Below are positions 62,201 to 64,000 of a stretch of 64,000 nucleotides of DNA, piece after piece. The stretch comes from Eledone cirrhosa. Taxonomy: Eukaryota. Numbering within the stretch: the stretch's first letter is position 1; each line of letters starts with the position of its first letter. The stretch spans positions 10,292,001 through 10,356,000 of the forward strand of contig OZ024757.1 of the NCBI GenBank assembly GCA_964016885.1. The letters run 5' to 3'. The position numbers were made by a program, and so were the translations under genes. The notes below the pieces were generated by a model. That model saw only the letters and a list, made by a program, of their open reading frames with translations, did not search any database and was not told the origin of the DNA.

Positions 62201-64000
62201 AGTTAAGTTGGGGTTAAGTTAAGTTGGGGGTAAGTTAATTTGGGGTTAAGTTAAGTTGGGGTTTAGTTAATTTGGGGTTAAGTCAAGTTGGGGTTAAGTC
62301 AAGTTGGGGTTAAGTTAAGTTGGGGTTAAGTTAAGTCGGGGTTAAGTTAAGTTGGGGTTAAGTTAAGTCGGAGTAAAGTTAAGTTGGGGTTAAGTTAAGT
62401 TGGGGGTAAGTTAAGTTGTGGTTAAGTTAAGTTGGCGTTAAGTTGGGGTTAAGTTAAGTTGGGGTTGAGTTAAGTTGGGGTTGAATTAAGTTGGGATTGA
62501 GTTAAGTTGGAGTTAAGTTAAGTTGGGGTTAAGTTAAGTTGGGGTTAAGTTAAGTTGGCGTTAAATTAAGTTGGGGTTAAGTTAAGTTGGGGTTACGTTA
62601 AGTTGGGGATAAGTTAAGTTGGGGTTAAGTCAAGTTGGGGTTAAATCAAGTTGGGGTTAACTTAAGTTTGGATTAACTTAAGTTGGGTTAACTTAAGTTG
62701 GGATTAAGTTGGGGTTAACTTAAGTTGGGGTTAAGTTAAGTTGGCGTTGAGTTAAGTTGGGGTTGAGTTAAGTTGGGGTTGAGTTAAGTTGGGGTTGAGT
62801 TAAATTGGGGTCGAGTTAAGTTGGGGTTGATTTAAGTTGGGGTTAAGTTAAGTTGGGGTTAAGTTAAGTTGGGGTTAAGTTAAGTTGGGATTAGATTAAG
62901 TAGGAGTTAAGTTAAGTTGGGGTTAATTTAAGTTGTGGTTAAGTTAAGTTGGGGTTAAGTTAAGTTGGGGTTAAGTTAAGTTGGGGTTAACTTAAGTTGG
63001 AGTTAAGTTAAGTTGGGGTTAAGTTAAGTTGAGGCTATTTAAGTTGGGGCTGAGTTAACTTGGGGTTAAGTTAAGTTGGGGTTAAGTTAAATGGGGTTAA
63101 GGTAAGTTGGGGTTAAGTTAAGTTGGGGTTAAGTTAAGTTGGGGTTAAGTTAAGTTGGGGTTAACTTAAGTTGGGGTTAAGTTGGGGTTAACTTAAGTTG
63201 GGGTTAATTTAAGTTGGGGTTGAGTTAAGTTGGGGTTGATTTCAGTTTGGGTTGAGTTAAGTTGGGGTCGAGTTAAGTTGGGGTTGTGTTAAGTGGGGGT
63301 TAAGTTAAGTTGGGGTTAAGTTAAGTTGGGGTTGAGTTAAGTTGGGATCGAGGTAAGTTGGGGTTAAGTTAAGTTGGGGTTAAGTTAAGTTGTGGTTAAG
63401 TTAAGTTGGGGTTAAGTTAAGTTGGGGTTAAGTTAAGTTGGGGTTAAGGTAAGTTGGGGTTAAGTTAAGTTGGGGTTAAGTTAAGTTGGGGTTAACTTAA
63501 GTTGGGGTTAACTTAAGTTGGGGTTAAGTTGGGGTTAACTTAAGTTGGGGTTAAGTTGGGGTTAACTTAAGTTGGGGTTAAGTTAAGTTGGGGTTGATTT
63601 AAGTTGGGGTTGAGTTAAGTTGGAGTCGAGTTAAGTTGGGGTTGAGTTAAGTTGGGGTTAAGTTAAGTTGGGGTTAAGTTAAGTTGGAGTTAAGTTAAGT
63701 TGGGGTTAAGTTAAGTTGGGGTTAAGTTAAGTTGGGGTTAAGTTAAGTTGGGGTTAAGTTAAGTTGGGGTTAAGGTAAGTTGGGGTTAAGTTAAGTTGGG
63801 GTTAAGTTAAGTTGGGGTTAAGTTAAGTTGGGGTTAACTTAAGTTGGGGTTAACTTAAGTTGGGGTTAAGTTGGGGTTAACTTAAGTTGGGGTTAATTTA
63901 AGTTGGGGTTGAGTTAAGTTGGGGTTGATTTCAGTTTGGGTTGAGTTAAGTTGGGGTTTTGTTAAGTTGGGGTTAAGTTAAGTTGGGGTTAAGTTAAGTT
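56292..64000 (+). repeat. Second copy of the 14,981-bp-offset duplication, truncated by the window end
   Basis: GATTTCAG at 57413, 59246, 59935, 61774, 63238 and 63927; GGTATTACG at 61124; GTCAAG at 56322. Confidence 0.9.

Larger units (their letters stand above)
1..64000 (+). repeat. Tandem satellite array, 16-bp monomer TTAAGTTAAGTTGGGG (~4,000 copies), G-rich strand on +, telomere-like
   Basis: The monomer can be read directly from the first base to the last. Consensus composition is 6T/4A/6G/0C. Substitution variants are frequent (TTGAG, TTAAC, GGAG, GGCG, GTGG, GTCAAG), with 11-bp and 15-bp length variants. No strand switch or foreign sequence was seen. Confidence 0.99.

Noticed and set aside
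1-64000. Protein-coding repeat ORF on either strand
   Set aside because: TAA occurs twice per monomer on both strands, and the 16-bp period cycles it through all frames (+ strand reads L S * V G V K L S W G * V K L G). ATG is almost absent.
1-64000. ORF under a ciliate-type code (TAA/TAG = Gln), prompted by the TTGGGG motif
   Set aside because: Frequent TTGAG/TTGAT variants give TGA stops on the + strand. The -5 and -1 indels shift frame freely, and there is no codon-position pattern in the variants.
1-64000. CRISPR array
   Set aside because: There are no unique spacers. Monomers are directly adjacent and only 16 bp long, and there is no leader or cas gene.
1-64000. Canonical, freshly telomerase-synthesised telomere tract
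   Set aside because: A large share of monomers are variant, and the variants are copied in kilobase-scale ordered blocks. A single short RNA template cannot generate that. A telomere-associated origin remains possible.
1-64000. Variants as random sequencing error or low-complexity artefact
   Set aside because: The same complex variants (e.g. GATTTCAGTTTGGG, seen 28 times) recur in identical contexts at consistent offsets. Only singletons and the exact copy number of the long duplications could be artefactual.
1-64000. Variant pattern as an information-encoding or programmed diversification system
   Set aside because: The order of variants is adequately explained by nested duplication and deletion of an ancestral diverged array. 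There is no associated enzyme gene, cassette boundary or template to support anything more.

Overview
The whole 64 kb is one uninterrupted head-to-tail satellite array of a 16-bp monomer, TTAAGTTAAGTTGGGG (reverse CCCCAACTTAACTTAA), about 4,000 copies. It runs off both ends of the window. I see no genes, RNA genes, transposons, CRISPR spacers, inversions or unique sequence. The + strand is G/T-rich and almost C-free, and the monomer looks telomere-like (TTAAG x2 + TTGGGG; its 11-bp variant TTAAGTTGGGG is one base from the bumblebee telomeric repeat TTAGGTTGGGG). The main hidden structure is that monomer variants recur in fixed order and define nested higher-order repeats. There is a ~1.8-kb basic unit, then duplications at offsets of about 3.3-3.4, 4.0, 4.5, 6.2-6.4, 12, 15 (14,981 bp at every marker checked) and 22 kb. 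This points to recombination-driven amplification rather than monomer-by-monomer telomerase synthesis. Offsets were counted by hand from marker variants and block boundaries are approximate. Organism and chromosomal location cannot be determined from the sequence.
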